A stretch of DNA of 64,000 nucleotides, taken from Isurus oxyrinchus (taxonomy: Eukaryota). The stretch covers positions 42,346,001 through 42,410,000 of the forward strand of contig JANJGN010000004.1 in NCBI GenBank assembly GCA_026770705.1, given 5' to 3'. Numbering within the stretch: position 1 is the first letter of the stretch; every line of letters begins with the position of its first letter. Under the pieces are notes generated by a model. It saw only the letters and a program-made list of their open reading frames with translations. It was not told the origin of the DNA and did not search any database. Shown here in pieces: positions 24,981 to 37,423 of this stretch. The position numbers and the translations under genes are program-made.

Positions 24981-25926
24981 TGTCATGAAACTATCATATT
25001 TTTCATATTTTACTGTAGTCTTATGGGTGTGAGTGTGGATGGCTCAGCCTGTGTGACTGATTTAATTTGACTAGAGACGCTTGGACTACAAGATTGAAAT
25101 TATTAAAAGAGTTAGGTGTAAAGCAGACTTTTGAAAAGGAGATGGATAAGCAAGTCTGAGTGTCCCGCAGAGAGGATGTGAATGAAATTTGCATTTTTAA
25201 TTTAGTGAAGAGGTTATTTGATTTTCAAAGGGATTGTGTAATGTTTATAACTGGTAAGATAAGTGAGGCAAAGCAATACGTTTATTTTTCTCAATAGGAA
25301 AAGGCCACATTGATGATGTGAAATGATGTGATTGATGATATGAAAAATTTTTATATTATGGGAAAAGCAAATTTCCAAAGACATGCAGAACAATGGGATT
25401 TTACACATCAAAGAGAGAAAAACATATATGAGGAAGGATGGAAAACTATGTGGAGTGTGGCCATGTAAAATTTTTAAAACTCCCAGTGTGAAACAGACCT
25501 GGGAAAAGCTTCTAGCCACTCTAAAGAAGTGCTGCTCCAGTAACTAAAGTTGTGCTAAAAGCCTTTGGAATTCCACTGTCGATTGGGTGCTGTGCTAACC
25601 TTGCTGGATTGCTTATTTAAATTTAAAATCTATTTTGGACTGTTGCCTTAAAGGGGATGTGCGTTTGGGAGTCAGGTTAATTAGGAATTTTGGGATTTGT
25701 TATAACATTAAGTAATTGTAATCTTATGTATGTGTTTAATTTTTTTTCTTTTATTAATAAATGGTTTAATGTCATTTTTAAAATCCCTAATGGACTCATT
25801 GCTTCTGAATTAATTGCACAAATCTTCTCATAATAAGTACAAATTGCAAAACCATTTTGATAGCATGGCTAAGTTTCCTTTGTGGATTTAATCCACATGG
25901 CACATACCACCTGCCACATCATAACA
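24981..25926 (+). repeat. 5' LTR
   Basis: Colinear with 30270-31167; TG...CA ends; AATAAA at ~25756. Confidence 0.92.
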
Positions 25927-25928
25927 AA

Positions 25929-25949
25929 ATTGAGGGCTCTTTGCGAGAT
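25929..25949 (+). other. Primer binding site (degenerate, tRNA-Pro-like)
   Basis: attgagggctctttgcgagat immediately after the LTR, cf. TGGGGGCTCGTCCGGGAT. Confidence 0.55.
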
Positions 25950-26469
25950 TTTTAGAATTCCTTGATTGGCATGAAGTTTGTGAATCTTAAGGCTTAATGA
26001 GAAGAACATTGGACTCAGGAGTTGGTGAGAGGGATTGTAAAGTGGTGAGGCTGAAAATATGGTTTTATCCATAGCTAATGCTTCTCTGGTAATGGATGAT
26101 ATAACTCTAGTTGGTTTTCAAAAAGTAACTTAGGTTAACAGAATTGGTGGATCAGTTGCAGTTAGGTTTAACCATAGGGGCAAAGTAAGTAGACATAATT
26201 GAAGTAATAGCACAACATTTGAAATTGAAGGGATACCTGGAGCTAGCGAGTCAGTTGAATTGGCTAAGATTCAGTTGCAAATGAGTTGGAGGTGAAAGAA
26301 AAGGAACAGAAAAAAGACAGAGCATTTCAAAGGGAAATGGAAATGAGAAAACTTGATCTTTAGAGGGAGAAAATAGTAATGGTGGAAAGAGAAAAAGAAA
26401 GGGAAAGGGAATATCAGCTCAAAAAGTTGGAATTTATATGAGATCTCAGATGTCGAGGAAGGTTCTGGT

Positions 26470-26821
26470 GTGGAAATGACCACTTTCAATTTACAACCTA
26501 ATGGGGAAATGTTTAACTTTGTGCAGGCTCTTCCGAAGTTTGAGGAAAGGGATGTAGAGGCATTCTTTATTTCATTTCAGAAGATATCTAAGCAGAGGAA
26601 ATGGCCACAAGAAATCTGGACATTGCTTTTACAATCTAGGTTGGTAGTTAGAGCTCATGAAGTATATGCATTGCTGTCAGAAGAGATATCGGTCAATTAT
26701 GAGGCAGTAAAAAATGCTATTTTGAGTGCCTATGAATTGGTTACTAAGGCATACAGGCAGAAATTTAGGAATATGAGGAAACAGTCCGATCAGACTTATG
26801 TTAAGTTTAAGAGAGTAAAAC
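26470..26821 (+). pseudogene. Gypsy gag fragment (capsid/SCAN-like)
   Basis: LPKFEERDVEAFFISF...WPQEIW...NYEAVKNAILSAYELVTKAYRQKFR. Confidence 0.85.
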
Positions 26822-28776
26822 AAAGTCCCTCCACCTGGACCCCTCCCTCTGGATTCTTACCTTCTCTTGATCTTTTCATTGAGAACTGTCGGTGTGACCT
26901 TAGTCATCTTAATTTCTCTGCTCCTCTCACCCATTCTAATCTGTCTTTCTCTGAACTTACTGCACTCCGTTCTCTCAGGTCCAACCCTAACATTGTCATC
27001 AAACCCGCTGACAAGGGTAGTGCTGTTGTTGTCTGGTGCACTGACCTCTACTTCACGGAGGCTGAGCGTCAACTCGCAGACACTTCCTCCTATCTCTCCC
27101 TGGACCATGACTCCACCACTGAACATCAAGCCATTATTTCCAGGACTGTCACTGACCTCATCTCCTCTGGAGATCTTCCTCCCACAGCTTCCAACCTGAC
27201 AGTCGCCCAACCTTAGACGGCCCGCTTCTACCTCCTACCCAAAATCCACAAACAGGACTGTCCCGGCAGACCGATCGTGTCAGCCTGTTCCTGCCCCATG
27301 GAACTCATTTCTTGTTATCTTGACTCCCTTCTCTCTCTCCTTGTCCAGTCCCTTCCCACCTACATCTATAATTCCTCTGACACCTTACATCACATCAACA
27401 ATTTCCAGTTCCCTGGCCCCAACTGCCTCCTCTTCACTATGGACGTCCAATCCCTTTACAGCTCCATCCCCCACCAGGATGGTCTGAGGGCCCTTAGCTT
27501 CTTCCTCAAACAGAAACCCAAACAATCCCCATCCACCACTACTCTCCCCCGTCTGGCTGAACTTGTTCACACACTGAACAATTTCTCCTTAAACTCCTCT
27601 CACTTCCTCCAAATAAAAGGTGTGGCTATGGGTACCCGCATGGGCCCCAGCTATGCCTGTCTCTTTATGAGGTATGTGGAACATTCCTTGTTCCAGTCTT
27701 ACTCCGGCCCCCTCCCACAACTCTTTCTCCGGTACATCAATGATTACTTCGGTGCTGCTTCATGCTCTCGTCGGGACCTGGAAAAATTTATTAATTTTGC
27801 TTCCAATCTCCACCCCTTCATCATTTTCACATGGTCCATCTCTGACACTTCCCTTCCCTTCCTTGACCTCTCTGTCCCAATTTCTGGTGATAGACTGTCC
27901 ACCAATATCCATTACAAGCCTACCGACTCCCACAGCTACCTCGTCTACAGCTCCTCACACCCCGCTTCCTGTAAGGACTCCATCCCATTCTCTCAGTTCC
28001 TTCGCCTCTGTCGCATCTGTTCTGATGATGCTACCTTCAAAAACAGTTGCTATGACATGTCCTCCTTCTTCCTTAACCGAGGTTTTCCACCCACAGTCGT
28101 TGACAGGGCCCTCAACCGTGTCTGGCCCATCTCCCACGCATCTGCCCTCACGCCCTCTCCTCCCTCCCAGAAACATGATAGGGTTCCCCTTGTCCTCACT
28201 TATCACCCCACCAGCCTCCGCATTCAAAGGATCATCCTCCGCCATTTCCGCCAAATCCAGCATGATGCCACCACCAAACACATCTTCCCTTCACCCCCCC
28301 GGTGGCATTCTGTAAGGATTGTTCCCTCCGGGACACCCTAGTCCACTTCTCCATCACCCCCTACTCCTCAACACCCACCTACGGCACTTCCCCATGCATA
28401 CGCAAAAGATGCAACACCTGCCCCTACACTTACTCTCTCCTCACCGTCCAATGGCCCAAACATTCCTTTCAAGTGAAGCAGCATTTCACTTGCATTTCCC
28501 CTAACTTAGTCTACTGCATTCGTTGCTCCCAATCCGGTCTCCTCTACATTGGAGAGACCAAACTGGGCAACCGCTGTCCGCAAGAATGACCCAAACTTCC
28601 CTGTCGCTTGCCATTTTAACACTCCACCCTGCTCTCTTGCCCACATGTCTGTCCTTGGCTTGCTGCATTGTTCCAGTGAAGCTCAACGCAAACTGCAGGA
28701 ACAGCACCTCATCTTCCAAGTAAGCACTTTACAGCCTTCCGGACTGAATATTGAATTCAACAACTTTAGATCTTGA
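26822..28776 (+). pseudogene. Penelope RT-GIY-YIG polyprotein pseudogene
   Basis: ORF pieces 26470-27216, 27277-28341, 28302-28589 and 28549-28776; stop at 27214, frameshifts, and catalytic YIDD changed to YIND. Confidence 0.92.
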
Positions 28777-29153
28777 ACTCCCTCCTCCATCCCCACCCCC
28801 TTTCTGTTTCTTCCCCCTCCATTTTGTTTTTTCCTATAATTTATATAGATTTTTCTTTCCCCACCTATTTCCATAATTTTTAAATCTATACCTTTTATGC
28901 CCTGTTAGTCTGATTTCACCCCACCCCTTGTGTACCTTGTGTGTCCTATCATCTATTCTTAATTAGCACATTCTTTTAGATAATATCACCACCTTCAACA
29001 CCTCTTTGTTCTTTTGTCGGTGACATCTTCTGATTATCTGAACATATCACTGCTTGCTTGTCCCTACAACCACCATCACCCCCCCACTTCTCTCTCCCCA
29101 CCCCCACTCCAACCTTAAATCAGCATATATTTCACCCCTCTCCTAATTTTACT

Positions 29154-29194
29154 CAGTTCTGTTGAAGGGTCATGAGGACTCGAAACATCAACTT
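29154..29194 (+). ncRNA. Minimal hammerhead ribozyme-like motif in Penelope pLTR
   Basis: AGTT-CTGTTGA-A-GGGTC(atgag)GACTC-GAAA-CATC-AACT. Confidence 0.5.
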
Positions 29195-29240
29195 TGTTCT
29201 TCTCCGCCGATGCTGCCAGACCTGCTGAGTTTTTCCCAGT

Positions 29241-30054
29241 AATTGTGCTGTCTATATTGATGACTTGGTAGTTTTCAGTAAAACAAGGGAGGAGCACTTA
29301 TAACATCTGAAAAAACTGTTTGATCGGCTGCAAGAAACTAATTTGATGGTGAACTTGGCTAAGATTGAATTTGCAAAAGTGAAAGTTACATATTTAGGCC
29401 ATACTATTGGACATGGTAAGGTGGCTACAGGAGATGTGAAAGTAAAAGCCAACATGAATTTCCCAGTGCCTACAAAAAAATGATGATTTTTGAGATTTCT
29501 GGGCATGAGTCGATTTTACTGGAAGTTTGTAACAAATTTTAGCAGTGTGGTTGCTCCATTGACTGAAGTACCAAAAAAGAACAAAATGTTTCAATAGACA
29601 CAGGAGTGTCAGATGCATTTGACAGTTTAAAACCTGTGTTGACTACTACACCAGTTTTGGTAATACCTAATTATGCCAAGAAGTTTAATTTGGTGATTGA
29701 TGCAAGTGATGTAGGTGTTGGTGACGTATTGTTACAAGAAATTGAGATTGTATTGAGAAACTGGTGGGATATTTTTCATGGAAGCTGAATGTACATCAAA
29801 GAAGATATTCAACCATCGAAAAGGAGATTCTAGGTCTGGTGTTAGTATTGCAGCATTTTGAGATTTATGAAGTAAGCTATTCGTCAGAAACAACTGTTTA
29901 TACAGACCACAATTCTTTAAAATTTCTGGACAAATTTCGAGACCAAAGTACAAGACTGCTCAGGTGGAATTTATTTCTGCAACCATTTAATTTACAGATT
30001 ATACATGTGGCTGGACGAAAAAACCCAATGGCTGATGCATTGTCAAGAGTTTAA
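29241..30054 (+). pseudogene. Gypsy RT (C-half) and RNase H remnant
   Basis: VYIDDLVVFS, VTYLGHTIG, DASDVGVG, YSTIEKE, YTDHN, ADALSRV*. Confidence 0.92.
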
Positions 30055-30269
30055 GGCTCAAAGGAAATTGGACATTTAAAACCTGAATACTGAACTGAAA
30101 TGACCTCTTTTGTTGCAAAGGATTTGTTTTTGTTGTTATGTTCATGCATGCACCAGATAATGTCGTAGTTTGTAAATATAGATAAGTATAGTAAGTAATG
30201 TAAGATGGGTTGAGAAAATGAAGCTGTTTTTTAAAATTATGACGATTCATTTTTCCATAAGGATGGAGG

Positions 30270-31167
30270 TGTCACACAACTATCATATTTTTCATAACAT
30301 TGCTATAAGTGTATTGGTGTGAGTGTGGATGGTTCTGTCTGTGTGACTGATTTAATTAGGCTTGAGATGCTTGGACTACAAGATCAAAATTATTAAAAGA
30401 GTTAGGTGTAAAGCAGATTTTTTAAATGGAGATGGATAAGCTAGGAAGTGAATGAAATTTGCATTTTTAGATAAGTGTTTGATTTTCAAAGGGATTGCAT
30501 AATGTTTATAAGTGGCAAGATAATAAGGCAAAGCAATATATTTATTTTTCCCAAAAGGAAAAGACCATAATGACAACACAAAAGATTTTTATATTATGGG
30601 AAAAGAAAATTTCCAAAGACATGTAGAACAATGGGATTTTACACATTAAAGAGAGGGAAACATGTATAAGGAAGGATGGAAGGCTATGTGGGGTGTGGCC
30701 ATGTAAAATTTTAAAAATTCCCGGTGTGAAACAGACCTGGGAAAAACCTCTAGCCACTCTGAAGAAGTGCTGCTCCAGCAACTAAAGTTGTATTAAAAGC
30801 CTTTGGAATTATACTGTCGAGTGGGTGCTGTGGTAACCTTGTGGGATTGCTTATTTAAATTTTAAATCTATTTTGGACTGTTGCCTTAAAAGGGATGTGT
30901 AGTTGGGAGTCAAGTTAATTAGGAATTTTTGGGATTTGTTATAATATTAAGTCACTGTAATCTTATGTATGTATTTAAATTCTTTTCTTTTGTTAATAAA
31001 TATTTTAATATCATTTTAAAAATCTCTAAAGTTGTTGGTGGGCTCAATACGTCTGAATTCAGTGCACAAACCTTCTCATGAAAAATACAAATTGCAAAAT
31101 CATTGTGATAGTGTGGCCAAGTTTCCCTTGTGGATTTGGTTCCCTTAGCACACACCACATAATAACA
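30270..31167 (+). repeat. 3' LTR
   Basis: Preceded by PPT 30259-30269; direct repeat of 24981-25926 with substitutions and indels. Confidence 0.92.
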
Positions 31168-32417
31168 AAGGACCACTGTAGATTTCTTCCACTAGCTGCA
31201 AGCTAGAGCTGGTCTTCCAGCTGCTTTGGCTCCATAAAACCCCAGCTGAACTAAACTGTATGCTTCTGCCAAGGTAGCTTTCACCTCCATATCATGTCCC
31301 AAATGATGATGTACCATGTTCTAGGGTGCTCTCAAACAGAAATGCAAGCAAATCATTTTACCTTACATGCTACTCATTGATTCTGTAACCCATATGAATA
31401 ATTTATATTGTTCATGGAGTTTTACAACTCCCTTTCCCAGAATTGTTGGTCCTGTTAGGGAACTCTCTTGTTTATAACCTAATGTTACCTTTTTTTGATC
31501 TGGGAACCACATACATAATTTAAATATTTTATTGAAGTAAGGGCAAACCTTCTGGATCTATTATGCTAAGGTAGAAGATCCCCTTGTGTTTATTTCTTTC
31601 ACAACTCTACCCATGACCTTGTGAGATAAACATAGGTGAACTTTTAACTGTAATTAACTCCAAGCTTGTTTGAATTGCATTTACTTCAGTGTTGTTTATC
31701 AGTTTCTCAGTCAAATTCCCCCATTTATCTACAATTAAAACTTTAAGTCCTAAAACTAGAAGTAATATTCTAAAACATATGAATTATGAACTAGTTGTTC
31801 GCAATAAAATGTATTAGAGAAGTAACAGGTAAAAGTAGACAAAGTTGTGTGATCTGATAGAATGCATCCAATGTCCCAAGGTAAAAAGAGAAAGAAATAA
31901 TGGAGAAACTTCCTTGGGGATTTTCCTGATCACCCATTGGAATTTTGGTGGAAGGTCAGTAGAAATCCAAGAAAAATGTGTAAACGTGGTTTCCATTTGC
32001 TGGAGTTATGGTGGCTAGTCAGGAGAATCATCAAGGATATTCCTGATAAAGATTTCATGGTTCAATCAATAGCAGTTTTGTATAGGAGGACAGGAAAGTG
32101 TCAAATGTAATATTCAGGGTTGGATTTTCCCCTCGTTGGGTGGGTATGGCAATGGGCCCAGGAGCGGCGCAAAACTGACCGCAGCCTGCAATTAGGCCCC
32201 AGTTGCGATTTCACGCTGGCGGACCAATTAAGGCCTGCCCAGTGTAAAATGCAGCTGTTACTGGCTGGGAGGGGCCGAGCGTAGATGGGGGACCTGCTTG
32301 CCACTGGGTCCAATCGCAATCAGCAGCCAATATGAACAAGGCCCAGGCAGCCCCAGAAAGGCTGCCAGGGAAGGACTTCTGGCGTTGTTCTGAAAATGCA
32401 CTCGAGTGCGGCTGGAG

Positions 32418-34090
32418 ATGCTGGGTGGGAGGGCAGTTCGGTGGGTACTTAGTCCCCTCAATTTTCGGATGAATTCCTCGCAGTCCTGCTGGAGGAGGTG
32501 TCTGCCAGGAGGGACACCCTTGTCTCCAGAGATTGGAGGAGGAAGCCACCACACCTCACCAAGAGGGCATGGGAGGGGGTGGCAGTGCAAATGAGCAGCC
32601 ATGACATGGTGCAAGGCAGATGGGTGCAGTGCTGGAAGCAGTTTAATGACCTGTTGCGCTCAGGAAGGGTGAGCACAGTATAAGCATGGGTCAGTGTGCT
32701 GAAGTGTTAAGGTGTGGCTGTCCCTTGTGGGCTTCAGGGGTGCTGGAATCTGAGTGCCAACTGTCAATGACACCAGAGCTGGCCAAGGAGGTGAGCCTTG
32801 GCTGCTTGGACTGAATGCCTTGCAGCTCAAGGGTCACAACTCGGATGTGCCCTGTGAAGTGTTCCTCAGGTGGCCCAGGCTGCAATGGCGCTACAGATAG
32901 AGACTAATCAATGCTCCTCTGTCCTTTCAGGTGAAGACAAGCCATAACCAAGCAGAGAGGTCTGTCCAACCTGCTGATGGTCTCCTGGTTCGAGCAAGCC
33001 CTGGAGCTGGAGAGCTGGCATGCGCCCCGTGGAATCGGGCTTGGAGAGGCGGGGGTGCCAGAAGAAGGTAAGAGCGCAGTGCATACAGACTTTTGGATTG
33101 TGCAACCATTCTAGTGCAGTCTCCTAATTGATGTGGGCTCGAACCTAGAGTCCAAATTGATTATTGGAAGACAATGGCACCATGATGCAGATCTCCATTG
33201 TCTCACCAGGGTACCTGGCATGCTCAGTGACAGTGTGATGATTTTAGCTAATGACATATCCTTCTTCTCCCTTTTAGGTTCACCAGCAGGTGTTCCATCT
33301 GCAGGCCTCTGACACCAGATGACCACTGGGCATCACTGTCACCTGTGTCACACCCGCTTTCTGAAGCAGGCACCAGCGCAGATACTAACACCGCGGTGAG
33401 CATTAGAATGGTGGCTAGTATCTCAGTGCATGTTGGTGAGGGCACTTCATACTCAGTTGGGGTGCAGATGGAGGCAGAGAGTGCCCAGGGCACCGGCAGT
33501 TGGAGGACTGCTGGGGACCAGGACAATGCTCAATCGAAGGCTGATGATGAGCCTCGGCAGTCATCCATTAGGTGGTAGATGCTGGATGTCCAGCAAGATG
33601 CGCGGGAGGATCTGGTGGAAATCTATGAGGGTATATGTGCCATGGTCTCCGTGATGGAGGAGTCCATGCCGAGCATGAGTACTCCGTTGACCATCATGGG
33701 TGAGTGCACTGCCTCCTTCATTGAGAGAGTGCCGACTCTCATGGAGAGGCAGCTCCAGGTACAGATTCAGGGTTTCTGGATCTGCAAGTCCTCACACATG
33801 CAATGGCCTCAGGCGGTCAGTGTCAGTGTAGGAGATGGATGAGGAGGAAGGGACTGCAGGGAGGTCCAGAGTGATCACACATTGGCGCATAAGCTGCCTT
33901 TCATCTCTGCGGGCTCCTCTCTGGGCACTCTGGATGATGGCAGCAGCTCCTTCACCTCTCCACCAGTGACCGTGGCATCCTGGCCAGAGGATGTCCGCCA
34001 AGGTCACCAAGACAGCAGGGTCAGCAGGCTGTCTCCAATGTCAGTGCCAGCGAGGTAGCACTCGCAAGCATAAGTTAAAGGCACCATGAG
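32418..34090 (+). pseudogene. Spliced Myb/SANT-like DNA-binding accessory gene (3 exons), decayed
   Basis: PQFSDEFLAVLLEEV...RAWEGVA...QCWKQFNDL, donor GTGAGC at 32669; exon 2 32931-33067 (ctttcAG..GTAAGA); exon 3 from ~33278 (cttttAG). Confidence 0.85.
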
Positions 34091-34419
34091 CACAAAAGGG
34101 ACAGGTCACAGGTGATGTTATGTTCATTTGTCTTTAATTAATGTACACTGGCCTGGGACTTGAGACTAGAGAAGTTGATGTAAATAGTCTGCAATTGTCA
34201 AAATTATATAAATTTTGTTTCTGTCGTCATGTCCTGAGTATGCTTCATCTTTTTATTTTCTTCATGCAGGGTATGCCAGTATGTAATGCTGGACGTACCT
34301 GGCTCTGAACTTCATTGCACAGGTATTGAGTGTTCTTTGTATTCAAATGAAAGGGTCCTTTCAGACATCTGGGATGGAGGAGGCAGACATGGCATGCATT
34401 AAAGCCAATCTTTGGTACC

Positions 34420-35618
34420 CTTCCTGCCTTCCTGGAGGTTACTGAAGTCTGGCTCCACGCCCTCAGCCTTCTCCTCACCATGCTCCTCTTCGGACTCACC
34501 ACTGGACTCATCACCTGCGGCCTGCGCAGCTGCGTCAAGATCCTCTTCCTCCAGTGGGTCCTCCCTTGTCAGTACCAGATTGTGGAGAGTGCAGTATGCA
34601 ACCTCGAGCAGTGACACCTGCTCTGGGGGGTATTGTAGTGCTCCGCTGAACGATCCAGGCATTGGAAGTGCATCTTGAGAAGGCCTATGCTCCTCTCTAC
34701 CACAGCCCTTGTGGAGCCATGACTTAAATTATAATGTTTCTTTGCCTCTGTTCTTGGGTGACGGAGAGGCATCGTGAGCCACCTCTTCAACGGATAGCCC
34801 TTGTCACCCAGCAGCCATCCATCCAGTCAGGCTGGAACATTGAAGAACCCCAGCACCTGGGAGTGTCTGAGAATGTAGGCATTGTGCGAGCTGCCTGAGT
34901 GACTTGCACAGACTTGCAGAATCTGCATCCTGTGATCACACACTATCTGCACGTTCATGGAGTGGAAGCTCTTCCTGTTGACGAAGGCACCGGGCTCACC
35001 TGCTGGCACCTTGATGGCCACATGTGTACAGACTATTGCACCCTGGATGCGGGCGAAGCCAGCAATGGCTGCAAACCCTCTGGCTCACTCAGCCTGGCTG
35101 ACCTTGTCTGTACGGTAAAGAATAAAGATCAGTACCCGCCAGAACAGAGTTTCTGTCACCAACTTGACGCAACCATGGACAGCTGATTGGGAGACTCCAC
35201 ACAAATCCCCCACTGACCCCTGGAAAGAGTCGGAGGCATAGAAGTTGAGGGCCACTGTGACCTTCAGAGCCACTGGCATGGGGTGTCCATCCACACAGCC
35301 AGAGCTGATCTCAGGCCCAATCATCAGACAAATGGAGGTCACAGTCTCCCTGGAGAGGTGGAGCCTCCTTCAGCATTGCACCTCAGATATATTGAGGTAG
35401 CTGCATCGCCAACTGCAAACTCTGGCGGCAGGATAGTGGCATCTTCTGTGGACTCTTCCACCTTGGACTACCTGCTGGTCCTGTGCCCCTTGTGCCTGGG
35501 CCTCTCCTCCCACAGGTCCCTCCCTTGGAAGCTGCATTGGAACACCTGGCCTCCTCTCCCTTCTGCCCCTCTTTTCCTCCTCCTCAGAGGTGTCTCTAGC
35601 GGAGACCACAATCCCCAT
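34420..35618 (-). pseudogene. Harbinger DDE transposase pseudogene
   Basis: MGIVVS..., VALKVTVALNFYA, GVSQSAV, GAIVCTH (D to V), [28 protein letters not shown], acidic tail. Confidence 0.93.
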
Positions 35619-36152
35619 TACCAGGGTAAAGGAAGGCTATCCGATACTTGGGAGAGTAAACATGATCTAAATCCTCCAGGGGTCTGGCAGGCAGCAATGA
35701 GTCCTGAAATTAGGTCTGGGAATACTAAGAATGAAGTCCTGAACAGAGCTGAAGCTGCCAAATAGCTCCAAAAATTCCTCACTACTCACACTGGCAATGC
35801 TGCTGACCCTTTTTATCCTGCCCTTGGATGAGGTTTGTGAAAATGTTGGCTGGCTGCCTGCTATTTTGCCCAAGCAGAAAATTGCACGGGCAACAACATT
35901 GTTAAGGCCTGTTAATTAAGATTCTGGCACATGTACATTACCGCTGAACAAAATATCGTGTGAGTGTGCGATGACGTCGGGACATTTGGCTGGCGTCATT
36001 GCGGATTATTGTACTCTCATTCGGGTTGGGCGCACGCCCGCCCACGGAACAAAAACTTCAGCCTTCAGTTTCTAAAACGGAAACAGACTAGTGCGGCCTC
36101 TGTCCATACTTATGGAATTATGGGGAGGGCAACAATTTGAATTAAAAACTAG

Positions 36153-37423
36153 TGTTATGTCAATAAGATATGAAAGAAATCTAAACTGTGTACCTCAGAC
36201 TTTACTCTTTTTGCTATTTTAAAAATGGACTTTCTGCTGAACTCAACAAGACGGCTGCTGCAAGTCATATGACCACAGGATCGGCCCTTTGTTTTGGAAA
36301 CTTCCAGCAGAAGTTATAGGAACAAAAGAATCCTCCTCATCATTGTGGAATCTCACACCCAATTGTAAGGACATTATAATCACAAAACCAGGGGACTCAA
36401 AGATCGAAACTCGTTATTCCTGCTGAGTTGTTAACAAACCCATCTCACATCTGGGACTGCCCAAGTCCATTTCAAAAGGGGTCCACTGCTCGGACAATGG
36501 ATGTTGTTTGCATTTTGATAAGCTTATACCTCCAGCAGAGTCAGAGGGTCTGCCTAGACAATGGCATCCTGACACAAGAACCTCAACATGACTAGTAACT
36601 CTTTGAAACGTTAACTGTTGGAACATTATCAATCCCAAAACCAAAACCAGTCCTATACGCTAGATAAACATCCCTTTTGAAATAATTGTGGAGAAAGAAG
36701 GTCAAATGATTCAGGTGACCATTTGGGAATTTCTCTGTTCCATTGAGAACTGAGAAACCCTCAGTCTGCTGAATTACCAACAAACATACAGCAGGGCTTC
36801 CAGCTGGAGATCATGTGTCAATTCCTCAACATCTGTTTGATTTTTAAAATCGCTGATCATTGACTGCCAAGCAGTCTAAGCACAGAAACTCCATCATGCT
36901 GCATTACCATTCATTTCAAAGACTTTTGTGTTGCTATCTTCAACCAGGAACTCATCTGGACTAAACTCCACCACGGAGGAAACACCCTCTGGACTTTGAC
37001 TTTTTCTGGACTTTGGAAATTATGTGAACTAATATTAATTTCTGTGGTTCTTTGTTGTTATCCATTGTTGTAAATACTCCCTCTCTTCTATCCGCAGCCC
37101 CCCCCCTTACTGTATATGTGTGTATGATTATGAGGTTGCGAACAATTCCCCCATCCCCCACCACCCCCACCTCCTCCCACACCTCACAAACATCACTGCC
37201 AGGTTTGAATGTGAAATAAACTAACCTCCTGAGTTAATCATAACCTTCTGAGCTAATCACAAAGGGAGTTTGCTGCATGTTATCTATAAAATTGGACCAC
37301 ACAAACTGGTGGTTTAGGGAAACATGCCACAGCCTACTTTAAAAAAATTCAAAACCACTTCTGCTTATGGACAGACAGGAAGAGGATAAAAACATTTAGT
37401 TTGTTTCTCTCCTGTCTATAACA
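36153..37423 (+). mobile_element. Solo LTR (~1.27 kb)
   Basis: TGTTAT...ATAACA inverted termini, AATAAA at ~37215; interrupts the old CR1 RT. Confidence 0.6.

Larger units (their letters stand above)
26822..29240 (+). mobile_element. Penelope-like element, 5'-truncated (RT + GIY-YIG + pLTR)
   Basis: IKPADKG, FYLLPKIHK, TMDVQSLY, GVAMG, RYIND, FLDL; Cys-rich linker C....CNTC; VYCIRC...LYIGET; GLN; 3' pLTR. Confidence 0.95.
24981..31167 (+). mobile_element. Gmr1-like Ty3/Gypsy LTR retrotransposon, internally deleted and interrupted by Penelope
   Basis: Two ~0.9-kb LTRs TGTCA...ATAACA; TSD GAGG/AAGG; degenerate tRNA-Pro-like PBS; PPT aaggatggagg; SCAN-like gag; pol ends with RNase H directly before the 3' LTR. 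Confidence 0.92.
24445..31777 (-). mobile_element. Possible solo LTR (24445-24980 + 31172-31777) hosting the Gypsy provirus
   Basis: Non-CR1 block with TGTTAG...AAACA ends that interrupts the old CR1; TSD not resolved. Confidence 0.35.
32117..36064 (-). mobile_element. Harbinger element B (full two-gene layout, same family as A and F)
   Basis: Degenerate TIRs GGGTTGGATTTT / AAAACTTCAGCCT; TCA TSD on both sides. Confidence 0.92.

Noticed and set aside
27277-28341. Active reverse transcriptase (354-aa ORF)
   Set aside because: Catalytic DD is mutated (YIND), there is an upstream stop and a downstream frameshift, and the element is 5'-truncated.
34420-35618. Host genes HARBI1 / NAIF1 / MSANTD
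   Set aside because: All copies are TIR/TSD-bounded, multicopy and disrupted by stops or frameshifts, so they are transposon pseudogenes rather than domesticated genes.
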